A DNA stretch of 64,000 nt from Leptolyngbyaceae cyanobacterium (GTDB lineage Bacteria; Cyanobacteriota; Cyanobacteriia; Phormidesmidales; Phormidesmidaceae), in assembly GCA_965263355.1 (NCBI GenBank), contig CBDHHL010000032.1, forward strand, positions 448,001 to 512,000, given 5' to 3'. The position numbers and the translations under genes are program-made. A model generated the notes under the pieces. It saw only the letters and a program-made list of their open reading frames with translations. It did no database searches and was not told the origin of the DNA. Shown in pieces: positions 1 to 11,967 of the stretch (position 1 is its first letter; each line of letters starts with the position of its first letter).

Positions 1-645
1 ACCTGTTAACCCATGGATCGCCGTCATCCCCAAGGCAAAAATATCACTACTCAAACGCGGTTTACCCGCTAACTGTTCACTAGGGGTATATCCTTGAGTC
101 CCCACCCCTACCGTTAGGCCACTTAATTCACTATTGACGAGTTGGGTGCGGATTTCTTTGACTGCACCAAAGTCAATCAGACAGAGCTTGCCATCATGCC
201 TGCGCCGAATTAGATTGTCGGGTTTTAGGTCGCGATGAATCACCCGATTGTCATGAACAAATTTTAAGATACTTAGGGTTTCCTGTAATAAGGTGATGAT
301 CTGCGCTTCGCTCAGGCGACCGGCCCGACGAATTTCATCCCCTAGAGACTCCCCATCAATTAACTCCTGGACCAGATAAAACTCTTGCTGTTCTTCAAAT
401 GAGTCCAGCAGCTTTGGAATACAGCTATGGGTACCTAACCGTTGGAGGGTAGACACTTCTGTTTCAAACAGTCGTCGGGCCACCTTAAGAAAGGTGACAT
501 CACTGCTGGCTGGCTTGAGTTGTTTCACCACACAATCAGGGGTGTTGGCCTGAAACAAGTCTCTGGCCACATAGGTCTGACCGAAGCCCCCTGCCCCCAG
601 TACCCTGACTAACTGGTAGCGTTCCTTAAGAACCTGACCTAACAT
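1..645 (-). CDS. Ser/Thr protein kinase, N-terminal part (runs off the window)
   Basis: Own translation from ATG at 645: MLGQVLKERYQLVRVLGAGGFGQTY...VVKQL...IHRDLKPDN...LIDFGAVK...GTQGYTPSEQ...SDIFALG; open to position 1. Confidence 0.93.
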   Translation of the reverse strand, partial: MLGQVLKERYQLVRVLGAGGFGQTYVARDLFQANTPDCVVKQLKPASSDVTFLKVARRLFETEVSTLQRLGTHSCIPKLLDSFEEQQEFYLVQELIDGESLGDEIRRAGRLSEAQIITLLQETLSILKFVHDNRVIHRDLKPDNLIRRRHDGKLCLIDFGAVKEIRTQLVNSELSGLTVGVGTQGYTPSEQLAGKPRLSSDIFALGMTAIHGLTG

Positions 646-818
646 TGGCACTAGCAGTCCCTGAACAGCTTGCTGTAGCAAATATTCCAAGATGATTGGA
701 TATTTGCACGCCCCACTAGTCAATCATCCATGTAATGCTCATTACTGTCTATTTAACAGTGGGACCAGCATTATAGATAGTGTACCTGGACTCATCACCC
801 TAGGGTTGTGCCGCTGTT

Positions 819-3083
819 TTAACCCATAGGCAATGATTGAATTTTGCTGAGCAAGGTCGGTGGGTTAATGGGTTTAACCAGGTAATCATCAAAACTATCC
901 ATCGATGGCCCACCTGATGGTTTCCCTTCAGTTTCCATGTCCCTGGCATCCATCAAAGAAATGACTTTAATCCCAGATGTAGCAACATAGCGTTTGAGAT
1001 CATCCACAATATACTTGCTGTTGCCACTGACCAAATGGTGATTGAGAATAATGGCAACCGGTTGCAAAATTTCTACCTGGTGAACAATACGCGAGCCTTC
1101 AATTACCCAAATAACTTGGTAGTTGGCAGCTGTTAGTAAGTCACAGATTAAACTGGCACTACTTTCATCATCTTCCAGCAAGATAATGCGACCAGTAGTG
1201 GGTTCAACACTTTGTAGTGAGTTAGATAAATCGTCTGAGGGCTGGAGCGGAATCCGTACTGTAAACATAGCCCCTTTGCCTGGTGTAGACACCACCTGAA
1301 TAGAGCCATTGTGAAGTTCAATAAGTTGTTTGGTTAGGGCTAATCCTAGGCCGGCACCAGAATACTGGCGTTGACGGGCGGTTTCTAACTGTTTAAAGGT
1401 TTCGAATAGAACCGCCTGCTGAGCTTCCGGAATACCGATGCCCGTATCTTCCACCTGGAACATAACATTCTGCGGATCACGCCAAACCCGTAGGCTAATA
1501 CGTCCATTTGCATCGGTGAATTTGACAGCATTACTGAGTAAATTGGCTAAAATCTGACGTATGCGACGAGGATCAGCTCGAAAATTATCTTCAGCCCCTG
1601 ATAACCGTAAACTTATCCGTAGGTCAACACCTTTAGCTTGAGCTTCTTGACGAAAACTCTCTAAGCTACTGCGAGCCAGATTAGACAATGAGAAATCATT
1701 GATTTCGAGAACAGTTCGTCCAGCTTCAATTTTAGCGACCTCCAGAATGTCGTTAATGACATCTAATAACTGTTCTCCACTACTGTGAATAGTATTGAGG
1801 TAGTCACGCTGCCGAGGGCTAAGATCGCCAAAAGACCAACGTAATAGAGTGGCTGACATCCCGATGATGTAAGTCAGTGGTGTCCGTAGCTCATGGCTCA
1901 TGGTCGCCAAAAACTCACTTTTAGTTTTGTTAGCTGCCTCAGCTGCTATCAGGGCATCCTTCAGGTTCTGAGTGCGATCCTCTACTTGTTCCTCTAGCAT
2001 TAACTTTTGAGACTGAAGCTGATGTTGTAGATCTGTTTGGCGAATCGCGATGGCAAGATGCTCGGCTACACGGACAAGAAAGTTTCCCTCCCACGCTTGC
2101 CAATGACGAAAATGATTGGACACCCCTGTGGACTTGCCAACTTCATCAATACAGTGATGTCCAATTAAGAGTCCCCACAGGGTATCGTCCAGCCATATGG
2201 GTACGACTAGTTGAGAGCCAACACAGGCCTGTTTAAGCTTTTTGATGAAGCAAGGATGCTGTTGATAACGCTCTGTTACATCTTCGATAGCCTGATACTG
2301 TGGCTCACGGGATTGTTTTGCATACCGTCCATGTACCTGGCTATCGATAAAGCATTGGGAATCAGACCAATGCAGGATAGACACTATGTCTGCATTGCCT
2401 CTTGCTTCGTAAGTGATGCAGGGAGAATTCCTACCATCATTATTAGACGGCTGACTCGACTGATTGGGGAGGGGAGGAGGATTGGCTACCTGATAGATAA
2501 ATAATCGATCAAGGCATAGCCATTCACAAACTTCGTTTAGGGTAGATTGAATGAGAGAGGGCAGTGGGTCTAACTGATGTAAACGAGTAATAACACGCTG
2601 AAGAATAGCTGAGGAAGACAGGGTAGGATCTGAAGAAAGCTGCTTTAGACCGCTTACATCCAGCATGAGCTGATGAACCCATTGAATCAGGGTTTGATTG
2701 TTTATGGGGAGATTTGGGGATAGGTTAGTGGCAGCTGCCTGGGCATGTTGCTGTAGTTGTGCCCATGTGATGCGACTATTTTCACTCAAGCAATTCACCA
2801 ACCAAGATGAAGATAAAAACCGTGTAATGATGCTTGGATCAGTACAGAGGCAAACCAAGTAGCTATATCTGCCATCAGGCTGAGCTAAAAGCAAACAACT
2901 GGTTTGTGCTGTTGAAAGCAGTGTAAATTTCTCAATGTCGGCTTCTGCTGGCAGCTCATTTAGATCTTGCTCAGATAGATGATAAATTTCTCCTGTTAAC
3001 AGACAAAAGAGACTTCTACGCACCTGTTCAAAAACATGGTGTGGTATTCGTTGATACTCTAAAGCTGAGGAGATACTAGACAT
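819..3083 (-). CDS. cikA: Circadian input kinase CikA (GAF, HisKA, HATPase, pseudo-receiver)
   Basis: GAF domain, [27 protein letters not shown]-box, N/G boxes, C-terminal receiver lacking the phospho-Asp (IILNHHL). Confidence 0.85.
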   Translation of the reverse strand: MSSISSALEYQRIPHHVFEQVRRSLFCLLTGEIYHLSEQDLNELPAEADIEKFTLLSTAQTSCLLLAQPDGRYSYLVCLCTDPSIITRFLSSSWLVNCLSENSRITWAQLQQHAQAAATNLSPNLPINNQTLIQWVHQLMLDVSGLKQLSSDPTLSSSAILQRVITRLHQLDPLPSLIQSTLNEVCEWLCLDRLFIYQVANPPPLPNQSSQPSNNDGRNSPCITYEARGNADIVSILHWSDSQCFIDSQVHGRYAKQSREPQYQAIEDVTERYQQHPCFIKKLKQACVGSQLVVPIWLDDTLWGLLIGHHCIDEVGKSTGVSNHFRHWQAWEGNFLVRVAEHLAIAIRQTDLQHQLQSQKLMLEEQVEDRTQNLKDALIAAEAANKTKSEFLATMSHELRTPLTYIIGMSATLLRWSFGDLSPRQRDYLNTIHSSGEQLLDVINDILEVAKIEAGRTVLEINDFSLSNLARSSLESFRQEAQAKGVDLRISLRLSGAEDNFRADPRRIRQILANLLSNAVKFTDANGRISLRVWRDPQNVMFQVEDTGIGIPEAQQAVLFETFKQLETARQRQYSGAGLGLALTKQLIELHNGSIQVVSTPGKGAMFTVRIPLQPSDDLSNSLQSVEPTTGRIILLEDDESSASLICDLLTAANYQVIWVIEGSRIVHQVEILQPVAIILNHHLVSGNSKYIVDDLKRYVATSGIKVISLMDARDMETEGKPSGGPSMDSFDDYLVKPINPPTLLSKIQSLPMG

Positions 3084-3479
3084 AGCTATTGAATATCTTT
3101 ACAAGGGTGGCAAACTAGGTACTATTTTGATGGCTAGACACTCACAAAACATGACAGCCTATAGTGGTCTTCCCGTCAGCACATCTGTTCTGATCATTGT
3201 CACAGTAATTAGGTTTATTTTTTTCTGGATAACGTTCTCAAAGGCGCGAAATACCTCCTTAGTTTTGATAGTATTGTCTAACTAGATACTGTTGTGAAAA
3301 ACAGTAAACATAGTTTGCTGAAAAGTATGTTTTTTAAGGGGGATTTGTCACAAACCCTTAGAGTCTCCAACAAACTTAGCAAACATATCATTTACTTTTA
3401 GAGCAGTTCAATTCCTTAAGAATAAAACCAACATTAGTCTCTAAAGTACTGAGCTGAAAACAAGAGTTTTGACTGGCTA

Positions 3480-3552
3480 TAAACCTTATCCATTTCTAGA
3501 TCTGTGAGTTTCCCGTAGAAGAACTCACAAGTTTCAACCTGGACGCGGTTTA
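3480..3552 (+). repeat. ~72 bp TA-flanked dispersed repeat (MITE-like family A), degenerate copy
   Basis: TAAACC...TAGAAGAAC...GTTTCAACCTGGACGCGGTTTA; aligns with copies at 7835, 28731, 28803, 41534. Confidence 0.7.
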
Positions 3553-4062
3553 AATAAAAAATATCTTGTTAAAACCTAATCAGTCAGTCTTGATCTGATA
3601 TTGAGTAGTCTAGTGAAATGAACTATGAGGATTGGCCGTAATATAATTTTCAATGTTTATTTAAGATTAGTTTTTATTGATTGTTTCAGTAATCTCTATG
3701 GAAATATGTTGAATGTCAAATTCTTGAAAGTGCTACCATCCTAACTCTGCCGTTTTAAGTTAAGGATGAAACCCTATACTTCTTTCATAATTTCCAGAAA
3801 GCCTGTAGCTCCATTACGGAAATAAACATCGACTATTAATCGACAGCAAAAAATATCGTTGCTTAATCTATGGGAGAGTTGTTCTAGGGAAGACGTAACT
3901 CTAGATGATGTAGTAAGCAACATGACAAGCCCTTAGTTAATTTTATTTTTTTAGTAAAAAACTCAATCGCTCTACTGTCATTGATGAATATATTGTTACA
4001 ATACCCATCAAGTTTTGATGTGGCAGATATGTCAGTCTTCTTAGGGTCTTGGAGGTCCCGCA

Positions 4063-4452
4063 ATGGAACCTATCTCCGCTGAAGTTATCCAGCAGGTGGC
4101 CAATTATTTTAGCGTTCTGAGTGAGCCCATGCGGCTCAAAATTTTGAATCTGCTAGGCAGTGGTGAAAAATGTGTCCAAGAGCTGGTTGATGTTACTGAG
4201 ACTAGTCAGGCAAATGTTTCTAAGCATCTCAAAGTAATGATGCAGGCAGGCATTCTAACTCGACGGACTGAGGGAACATCATCCTTTTATCGGGTGGCGG
4301 ATGATCTAAGTTTTCAGCTGTGTAATTTGGTGTGCGATCGCATTGCCAGTCGGATTGAAGAGCAAGCTAAACATTTTCGTGCCTTCAGCTTTTCAAATCA
4401 AGAAATGAGTGCTCAGGAGGCAAACTCAACTGAAGCTGAAGTTGCAGGTTAA
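4063..4452 (+). CDS. ArsR/SmtB family transcriptional regulator
   Basis: FSVLSEPMRLKIL...SQANVSKHLKVM HTH signature. Confidence 0.92.
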   Translation: MEPISAEVIQQVANYFSVLSEPMRLKILNLLGSGEKCVQELVDVTETSQANVSKHLKVMMQAGILTRRTEGTSSFYRVADDLSFQLCNLVCDRIASRIEEQAKHFRAFSFSNQEMSAQEANSTEAEVAG

Positions 4453-4462
4453 GTGTAATTTT

Positions 4463-6604
4463 CTAAACGATACTGTAATGGCAGCCTACGGTTGCCCAGT
4501 GAGCTGTACTTAAAGTGTAGCTGTCAGAGTCAGTGCCTAAGTTTTCATAAGTGCATAAGTCGTTTAGCAGAGCTTGCACTAAAGGTAGGGCATTATTCCC
4601 CAGGGTAACTCTTTGATTGCTGGCTGTGTTAGCTACAGACAATAACTCTTGCCAACACTGGGTTAGAGGGCTTGTACTGCACACCAGGTAATTTTCTACC
4701 CTACCCTCAAGATCGTCTACTATCCAGGCATTTTGAAGCGGGAAATTGATTGATTCTCCAGGTGCTAGGGTCAAGGCAGTCTGCAATGAATCAAAGGAGT
4801 CGGGTTGGCCATCGCTGGGAGGAAAAAAGGCTAACATCCGATCACGAGTATCAAACCCTAACAACATTGCATATATGGGCTGATCACTAAAATTCAAGGC
4901 CTGATAACGCAGTTGGGAGCCTTTGGCTAACTCCACAGGTAGGATTTGACGGTTAACCGCCTCCGCTAAGCGACTTTTTGAGGCTTTATCTGAAGCTTGC
5001 CGAGTCTCCTGCTGTAGTAATAGTTTTTCTGTTGCTCCACCAGCTAAGAATAGGTTAAGCCGTACAGCCAAACGGGATGATGCCTGGTTTTCGCTCAATC
5101 GCAATAGCTTCATTGCCAGCATAGTTTTGAGCTGGGGCAAAAGACGACCGACGGCCATTTTGACCGCTTCATCTTGCTTTGCTAGGGTGTCAGCAATTGG
5201 AGCATGGGTGGGGGTGAACAGTCCATAGCCCTGTTTTACGATGGGCATGGCTGTTGTATCTATGGCTGTTTTCTCGTAATGACTTAACTCAGGCTTGCCC
5301 AAGATACAGTCAGCTGGATGGGCATCATCTGTAAACTCTACAAACGATATAGGCGCTAGGGCACTAGTCGCATCTACTCGCTCAATTCTTTCTAGATTTG
5401 AATCGAGGCCGACGATCAGTTTAATGCCTTTAGGCAACACACGTGTAACTTCATAGAGAGGCTGACCCACTGCCCAAGGGGCACCATCTGTCAATTTAAG
5501 TCGACCGGTAAGACCTGATTGCGCTCTCATCATCAGCAAGGGTTCATCGCCATCCAACTGGCGGGCGAACAAAAACTGCTCGCTATACTGCACCACATCT
5601 GCTGGTAAGCCCCCTAGCCAGAGACTAGCTGAACGACCTTCTACTGACGTAATTACCGCGTCTACATAAGGTAAATCAGCTTCTCCATAAATAATATGCT
5701 CATCAGCCGTTTGAGTAGTCCAGTAAGGTGTCTGGTTGGGTACCAACGGTAAAATTGCCTCCTGGGCCCCACGTATCGTCGCTGATAGCTGGGCTGGTAG
5801 TTGAGCATTCCACAGGTAGCGAGTCAGGCCATAGGTAAACAATCCAGCCCCAAAATCAGTCCACCTGCGTTCGATCACAGGTTGGCCGTTGCGGGCTGCC
5901 ATTAACAAATCACCTGGGAAAAATGGAGGTTCTGCACTGGTCTGTAATTGGCCTAACTCTGTAGCCACCGCCTCGGGTAGCTCAGGAAAATCGATTCCTG
6001 GAACCGTCAGTACATCGCTACGCGTTCGAGAGCGATATCCACTGGAAAGGGGATCACTAGGCTGACTGTAGCCAGCATCCACCACCGTAAACACCTGTTT
6101 AGTTTTGAGACGGGCCAAAATTTGCTTTACCCATGACACAGGCAAATCCCTGGACATTGGCTCAGCTGCCGTTGGTAGATAACCATCTACCGGTACCCAA
6201 GTTTTAATCGGTTTATCCTCTAGCAAGAGAGTGCTACCGTAACCACTGAAATGAACAACCACAAAGTCGTTGGCCATTGCTTGTTGGGTCAGTTGGTAAA
6301 GTGCTCCCAAAATAGCGGCCCGAGTTGCTTGGGTATCAACCAAGGTGACAATATTGTTGACAGTAAATCCAAACCTATACATTAGTAACTGACGCTGAAG
6401 CTCAACATCAGTTACGCAGCCTTGTAAAGGTTGACGAGTACCTCCCAATACGCTGCCTGGATATTGATTGATCCCAATCAAAAGGGCAAGTTTGCGACGA
6501 GAAGAGTCTGCCAGCGCCTGTTGCCAGCCAAGTAGTTGGGACTGACTCAGCCCCAATGCTCCTAAAATGACGCCTGTTGTTGACAAAAACTCCCGTCGCT
6601 TCAC
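4463..6604 (-). CDS. Caspase-family (orthocaspase-like) protein with substituted catalytic dyad
   Basis: KLALLIGINQYP, LQGCVTDV; HFSGYG and DAGYS where H and C are expected; N-terminal RR leader. Confidence 0.85.
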   Translation of the reverse strand: MKRREFLSTTGVILGALGLSQSQLLGWQQALADSSRRKLALLIGINQYPGSVLGGTRQPLQGCVTDVELQRQLLMYRFGFTVNNIVTLVDTQATRAAILGALYQLTQQAMANDFVVVHFSGYGSTLLLEDKPIKTWVPVDGYLPTAAEPMSRDLPVSWVKQILARLKTKQVFTVVDAGYSQPSDPLSSGYRSRTRSDVLTVPGIDFPELPEAVATELGQLQTSAEPPFFPGDLLMAARNGQPVIERRWTDFGAGLFTYGLTRYLWNAQLPAQLSATIRGAQEAILPLVPNQTPYWTTQTADEHIIYGEADLPYVDAVITSVEGRSASLWLGGLPADVVQYSEQFLFARQLDGDEPLLMMRAQSGLTGRLKLTDGAPWAVGQPLYEVTRVLPKGIKLIVGLDSNLERIERVDATSALAPISFVEFTDDAHPADCILGKPELSHYEKTAIDTTAMPIVKQGYGLFTPTHAPIADTLAKQDEAVKMAVGRLLPQLKTMLAMKLLRLSENQASSRLAVRLNLFLAGGATEKLLLQQETRQASDKASKSRLAEAVNRQILPVELAKGSQLRYQALNFSDQPIYAMLLGFDTRDRMLAFFPPSDGQPDSFDSLQTALTLAPGESINFPLQNAWIVDDLEGRVENYLVCSTSPLTQCWQELLSVANTASNQRVTLGNNALPLVQALLNDLCTYENLGTDSDSYTLSTAHWATVGCHYSIV

Positions 6605-6625
6605 TCTCTAGTTACTCCATTAGCT

Positions 6626-7792
6626 CTAGGCTTGCATGGCTCGAGCTAGCTCGGCAGCCACTTCTGGACGTGAAAACTCCGGTGGGGGTAACTCGCCACG
6701 ACGCAGCATTTCACGGACCTTAGTACCCGATAAATGAATCCGTTCTTCCTTACTGCTAGGACTAGTCTTGCTAGTTGCCATAGTACCGGTACGGGTGCAG
6801 TAGAAGGCGTGCTCGAACTTCATCGGTGTAATACCCATTTCACCAGGCTCAAACTGGTCAAAGATGTGCTGGGCATCATAAGTACCATAGTAGTCGCCGA
6901 CGCCAGCATGGTCACGACCCACAATAAAGTGAGTACAACCATAGTTCTTACGAATTAAGGCGTGAAAAATTGCCTCGCGAGGACCAGCGTAGCGCATAGC
7001 CGATGGATTAATTGCCAAAATCACCCGCTCTTGAGGGAAATAGTGTTCCATCATGATTTCATAACACCGCATCCGTACATCGGCAGGAATATCATCCTTT
7101 TTAGTTGCACCTACCAGCGGATGTAAGAATAGGCCATCTACCGTTTCCAAAGCACATTTTTGAATGTACTCATGGGCACGGTGGATAGGGTTACGGGTTT
7201 GAAAACCGACCACCGTCTGCCAACCGCGCTCGGCAAACATGGCCCGAGACGCTGTTGGATCAATCTGATACTTGGGGAATAGAGGATGAGGATCACGCTC
7301 TAGTAGCCATACAGGACCTGCCAGATTAATATCTCCCTGGTCGTAGACAACTTTTACACCGGGGTGCTTTTCTTCATCTGTACGATAGACATTGATCGCC
7401 TCTTTTTTCTTATCGTAAGTGTATTTCTCAGTCAATTCGAGAACACCAACATAGCGACCTGTTTTGTCATTAAGACGTACAAATGTACCTTCGTTTAGAG
7501 GGGCCGCAATCTCTTCTGAAACAGATAGAGTGACGGGGACCGACCAAGGTAAACCATTGGCCAGACGCATGTCAGTTACAACTGGCTCATAGTCAGCTTT
7601 GCCCATAAAACCAGTAAGTGGACTAAACCCACCAATGGCAATCATGACTAAATCTGATAAAGCCCGATCATCTAGGGTGATTTGAGGTAAAAAATCAGCT
7701 TTACTTATAAATTCTGCTTTTTGCTCACCAGAGGCTAACCGATCAATGAGTGTACCGCCATGAGCAGCAATAAGACCATTAGTTAATGTCAA
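6626..7792 (-). CDS. sat: Sulfate adenylyltransferase
   Basis: [30 protein letters not shown] motifs. Confidence 0.97.
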   Translation of the reverse strand: MTLTNGLIAAHGGTLIDRLASGEQKAEFISKADFLPQITLDDRALSDLVMIAIGGFSPLTGFMGKADYEPVVTDMRLANGLPWSVPVTLSVSEEIAAPLNEGTFVRLNDKTGRYVGVLELTEKYTYDKKKEAINVYRTDEEKHPGVKVVYDQGDINLAGPVWLLERDPHPLFPKYQIDPTASRAMFAERGWQTVVGFQTRNPIHRAHEYIQKCALETVDGLFLHPLVGATKKDDIPADVRMRCYEIMMEHYFPQERVILAINPSAMRYAGPREAIFHALIRKNYGCTHFIVGRDHAGVGDYYGTYDAQHIFDQFEPGEMGITPMKFEHAFYCTRTGTMATSKTSPSSKEERIHLSGTKVREMLRRGELPPPEFSRPEVAAELARAMQA

Positions 7793-7834
7793 AATGACCT
7801 CTTTTCTTCTATATGGACTGCGTTATTGTTCATC

Positions 7835-7907
7835 TAAACCACGTCCAAGTTGGACCCCGTAGCTTCTTGATCAGAAAAACGACCGTGCTGGACGTGGAAA
7901 AGGTTTA
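7835..7907 (-). repeat. MITE-like family A copy (reverse orientation)
   Basis: Reverse complement reads TAAACCTTTTCCACGTCCAG...CAACTTGGACGTGGTTTA. Confidence 0.75.
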
Positions 7908-7908
7908 A

Positions 7909-8967
7909 TTAGGCGAACGGTCGAATCAGACCGCCACCGAGCACCCGATCATCACCGTCGTACCATACCGCGGCCTGACCTGGGGTTACACTAAACTGAG
8001 GTTCTTTAAACACAAGCTTTACAGAACCATTGTCTAGCGGTAACACAGTTGCAGCAACGGCTGGGGATCGATAACGAATTTGTACCCTGACCGCAATCGG
8101 TGTATCAGGGACCTCGATTGATACCCAATTCACCCGATCAATAATGCAGTCAGGTTGATGAACACTGTCTCGTTCACCCACAACTACCTGGTTGCGAGCA
8201 ACGTCTAAGGCCACTACATATAAGGGGGCTGGAGCGGCAATGCCTAACCCTTTACGTTGACCAATTGTGTAATGATGAATACCCGTATGTTGACCGAGTA
8301 CCTGGCCATTGGTATCCACAATATCACCGGGTTTAGGGGCTAGATACTTATCTAGAAAGGCTTGCATAGATCCATGTTGCTCAATCAGGCACAGATCCTG
8401 GCTCTCTGGTTTCTCCGCCGTATGGAGACCGAGTTTAGTGGCCATTGCCCGAGTCTGAACTTTGGTTTGATCCCCCAGGGGAAATTGGGTAGCGCCTAGC
8501 TGCTCTTGGGTTAAATCATAGAGAAAATAGGACTGATCCTTCCTTCGATCCACGGCCCGACGCAGCTCGTAGCGATGCGTGTCTGGGTTTTGGGTAATGC
8601 GGGCATAGTGACCAGTGGCAATCCTATCTGCGCCTAGCTCCTGGCGGGCGTACGTCAACATAGGGCCAAATTTGACACTGCGATTGCACTGAGAACAGGG
8701 TAAGGGGGTTACGCCATGGCTATACCCTTCAACCAAATAGTTGATGATTTTTTCTTCAAATAGCTCACGGGTATCAACAACGTGATACGGAATATCTAAA
8801 TCTTCACACAGTCGGGCGGCATCTACCATACCTTCAGAGCAGCATTGCCCTTTTCCCTTCATCAGCCATAGGGTGAGACCGATCACATCTTGCCCCTGCT
8901 GGTGTAGTGTGGCCGCAGCGACCGAACTATCTACGCCCCCAGACAGACCAACAACAACTTTGCCCAT
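7909..8967 (-). CDS. mnmA: tRNA 2-thiouridine(34) synthase MnmA
   Basis: SGGVDS PP-loop, [39 protein letters not shown]. Confidence 0.97.
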   Translation of the reverse strand: MGKVVVGLSGGVDSSVAAATLHQQGQDVIGLTLWLMKGKGQCCSEGMVDAARLCEDLDIPYHVVDTRELFEEKIINYLVEGYSHGVTPLPCSQCNRSVKFGPMLTYARQELGADRIATGHYARITQNPDTHRYELRRAVDRRKDQSYFLYDLTQEQLGATQFPLGDQTKVQTRAMATKLGLHTAEKPESQDLCLIEQHGSMQAFLDKYLAPKPGDIVDTNGQVLGQHTGIHHYTIGQRKGLGIAAPAPLYVVALDVARNQVVVGERDSVHQPDCIIDRVNWVSIEVPDTPIAVRVQIRYRSPAVAATVLPLDNGSVKLVFKEPQFSVTPGQAAVWYDGDDRVLGGGLIRPFA

Positions 8968-9117
8968 AGATGTTTGAATGTATCAAAATGCCATTTCTTA
9001 GGCTAGCATTCCATCTCCAAATCCGTGATGGCTCCCAAGCACTTTTGAGACTGGAAATAGGTTTAGGACTCAAGCCTAGACGACAAATTCCTAAAAGTTA
9101 CATCAAGCAATACGGTC

Positions 9118-10695
9118 ATGAAACCCTCAAATCCTGATGAAATGAGCGATAGACTTAGGCTGCAATCGTTCTGTGTTACGGCAGTGCAAATGCAAGCGAT
9201 CGAAGCCCAGCTATTTGAATCAGGGTTTCCGGTGGCGGCACTGATGGAAAAGGTGGCAGGGCGGATCACTGACTATTGGTTACAACATTGGGATCGGGGT
9301 CAGAAGGTTCTGGTACTGGTGGGACCAGGACACAATGGTGGTGATGCTTTGGTGGTGGCCCGTGAGTTGTACCTAAGTGGCTACAGTGTCTCTATCTATG
9401 CGCCGTTTGACCGATGTAAACCCTTGACGGCTGACCATGGTCGCTATTGCCAGAGTTTAGGGCTCCCTTGGTATGCCAATTGGGCTGAAGTAAAACCTGA
9501 GCTAGGCCAGTGTGATGTGATTTTAGATGGGGTGTTTGGGTTTGGCTTGAAACGTCCCTTAGAAGGAGAAATTGCCCTTGCCATTGATGAGATTAATCGT
9601 TGTTCTATCCCAGTGGTCAGCATTGATTTGCCCTCAGGTATTCATACCGATATTGGTCAGATTGGTCCAGCTATCATTGCAGAAACCACACTTTGTCTAG
9701 GGGTATGGAAACGGGCTTGTTTACAGGAATCGGCGCAGCCGTATTTAGGGCAGCTACATCTAATCGATTTTGATATTCCCCTGGCCAATATTGAGACAGT
9801 ACTGGGAGCTAATCCTCAGGTGCAGTGTTTGATACCTGAGCGGGCGATTCAGGCAATTCCCCTGAATCGGTCTCCTATTGCCTATAAATATCTATTGGGG
9901 CAATTGTTAGTGATTGCTGGCTCCAGGGAGTATGTAGGGGCAGCACTGTTGACAGGATATGGGGCTATGGCCAGTGGTGTCGGTATGGTGACGCTGATAG
10001 TGCCAGAAAGCATAAGATTACAAACCGTGGCTCAATTGCCGGGAGCATTGGTGATTGGTGCCAAGGAAACGTCTACGGGTAGGATTGTGGCTCTACCGTC
10101 ATTGGATCTGACCCGATATACAGCGATTGCCTGTGGCCCTGGTCTAGGGCGTCCAGTTGACTGGTTACCGGAGGTGTTAGCCCACCGTGCAGCACTAGTG
10201 CTAGATGCGGATGGCTTAAATGGTGTCATGGCAGAGCAGTTGGCAGCGCGTCAAGCACCTACGGTCATTACCCCCCATCCTGGTGAGTTTCGACGATTAT
10301 TTCCTGATTTAGAGGTAGGCCACGATGGAGCAATGCAGGCTGCTCAAATGACAGGAGCTACGGTGGTGCTCAAGGGGGCAAAAACGGCCATTGCTACGAA
10401 TGATGGTCATTTGTGGCTTAATCTTCAGAGCACGCCTGCCCTTGCCCGTGGTGGTAGTGGAGATGTATTGACGGGGTTGATGGGGGGATTATTGGCCCAG
10501 AAAATTATGGCAGCGAGTAATGCTAATGGGGCAATGCTCAATGCTACGTTGGGAGCAGTGTGGTGGCATGCTCAAGCTGGCCTATATGCTCACAAGCGAC
10601 GGACCGTGCTCGGTGTGGACCCACTGGAATTGGCTCGGTGTCTAAACCCGGCCTTGGCAGACTATTTGTGTGAAATGCAACATGGGTTACATTAA
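9118..10695 (+). CDS. nnr: Bifunctional NAD(P)H-hydrate epimerase/dehydratase
   Basis: LME.VA, GPGHNGGD, DLPSG, GPGLG, LDADGLN, TPHPGEF, GGSGDVLTG. Confidence 0.93.
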   Translation: MKPSNPDEMSDRLRLQSFCVTAVQMQAIEAQLFESGFPVAALMEKVAGRITDYWLQHWDRGQKVLVLVGPGHNGGDALVVARELYLSGYSVSIYAPFDRCKPLTADHGRYCQSLGLPWYANWAEVKPELGQCDVILDGVFGFGLKRPLEGEIALAIDEINRCSIPVVSIDLPSGIHTDIGQIGPAIIAETTLCLGVWKRACLQESAQPYLGQLHLIDFDIPLANIETVLGANPQVQCLIPERAIQAIPLNRSPIAYKYLLGQLLVIAGSREYVGAALLTGYGAMASGVGMVTLIVPESIRLQTVAQLPGALVIGAKETSTGRIVALPSLDLTRYTAIACGPGLGRPVDWLPEVLAHRAALVLDADGLNGVMAEQLAARQAPTVITPHPGEFRRLFPDLEVGHDGAMQAAQMTGATVVLKGAKTAIATNDGHLWLNLQSTPALARGGSGDVLTGLMGGLLAQKIMAASNANGAMLNATLGAVWWHAQAGLYAHKRRTVLGVDPLELARCLNPALADYLCEMQHGLH

Positions 10696-10741
10696 AGCGA
10701 TGATTGCTGATAGATAGCTAAATTTAGTAGTGAAACCCACA

Positions 10742-11833
10742 CTACAGGCCTTTGGAGCGGGGGGAGCTGAGGCGCGATCGCAACGTAATGGCCGTTAGCC
10801 CCACAATTGTAAGCGGCACAATTACATATTTTAAGGCTGAACCAAACAGGACTGTGTTGTCGTGCTCGGTAGATTTCATGACCAAATACAACGTATAGGC
10901 CACGTAGTATACCAGCAGTAAGAGGCCTTCCCAACGACTGACCAAATTGTCGTTAAAGCAAATGGGGAAACACATAATGGCCACCCCAATCATGACTGGG
11001 ATATCAAATGCTAAAACGGAAGGCTCAATGGCAATACCATTAGGGGCTAACGCGCTGGTCACCCCCAATACCACTAAAATATTGAAAATATTGCTGCCTA
11101 CCACATTGCCCACAGCAATATCGCGCTCACCCCGTAAACTGGCCACAATAGAGGTAGCTAACTCAGGTAAAGACGTGCCTAACGCCACAATGGTTAACCC
11201 AATGATTAATGGATTAACCTCCAAGGCGTTAGCAATAGTGATGGCACCGTTGACTAACAGCTGTGACCCGATCACTAGGCAGGCCATGCCGCCCAAAAAA
11301 GCAAGTACCTCAATACCTACCTTGGGCCAGGCAAATGCTTTAGGACCATACTCCTGGGCATACTCGTCCTGAACATCCGGGTTGCTCTCACGACGGCTTT
11401 GGACAAGCAAAAATACGGTGTAGGTCAGTCCACCTAAAAACAAAACGACACCATCAGACGTCCCGATAGCCCCATCCAGGCTAAATAGAAACACTAGGCC
11501 AGACACGCCAATCATGATGGGAACATCTAGGCGGATTAGCTGCTGAGCCACAACCAACGGAGCTACCAGAGCCGAAGCCCCCAAAATCAACAACACATTG
11601 CAAATATTGCTGCCGACTACGTTACCAACAGCAAGCTGGGCTTGATTATTAAACGTGGCGTGTAAGCTAACAGCAAGTTCTGGTGCACTCGTACCAAACG
11701 CAACGACGGTCAGACCAATCACCAGGGGGGAGATGCGCATCATGGCTGCTAAGTTGGAAGCACCCCGGACCAAGAAATCGGCTCCAACAACTAAGAAAAC
11801 TATCCCCAGTATGAGAAATACAGTGGCGGTCAT
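10742..11833 (-). CDS. Calcium/sodium antiporter (CaCA, YrbG-like)
   Basis: Two GTS(A/L)PE and GNVVGSNI repeats, many TM helices. Confidence 0.93.
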   Translation of the reverse strand: MTATVFLILGIVFLVVGADFLVRGASNLAAMMRISPLVIGLTVVAFGTSAPELAVSLHATFNNQAQLAVGNVVGSNICNVLLILGASALVAPLVVAQQLIRLDVPIMIGVSGLVFLFSLDGAIGTSDGVVLFLGGLTYTVFLLVQSRRESNPDVQDEYAQEYGPKAFAWPKVGIEVLAFLGGMACLVIGSQLLVNGAITIANALEVNPLIIGLTIVALGTSLPELATSIVASLRGERDIAVGNVVGSNIFNILVVLGVTSALAPNGIAIEPSVLAFDIPVMIGVAIMCFPICFNDNLVSRWEGLLLLVYYVAYTLYLVMKSTEHDNTVLFGSALKYVIVPLTIVGLTAITLRSRLSSPRSKGL

Positions 11834-11967
11834 GGCCTTACAGGCTATCTCCTTTCATCGGTTCCTTATCTAATTGTTGTCCAAAGTCAACTAAGCGACC
11901 AGCGATTTGAGTTGACTGGTTTTGTTAACCTGTTTCGGCAGTTTACTCTGAGCAATACATACCATGT

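Noticed and set aside
3084..4062. 1 kb AT-rich intergenic region as a possible ncRNA or tRNA locus
   Set aside because: No recognisable RNA gene; consistent with divergent promoters plus one repeat copy.
11885..11917. AGTCAACT-N17-AGTTGACT inverted repeat between divergent genes
   Set aside because: An 8 bp arm seen once could arise by chance, and no regulator can be assigned.
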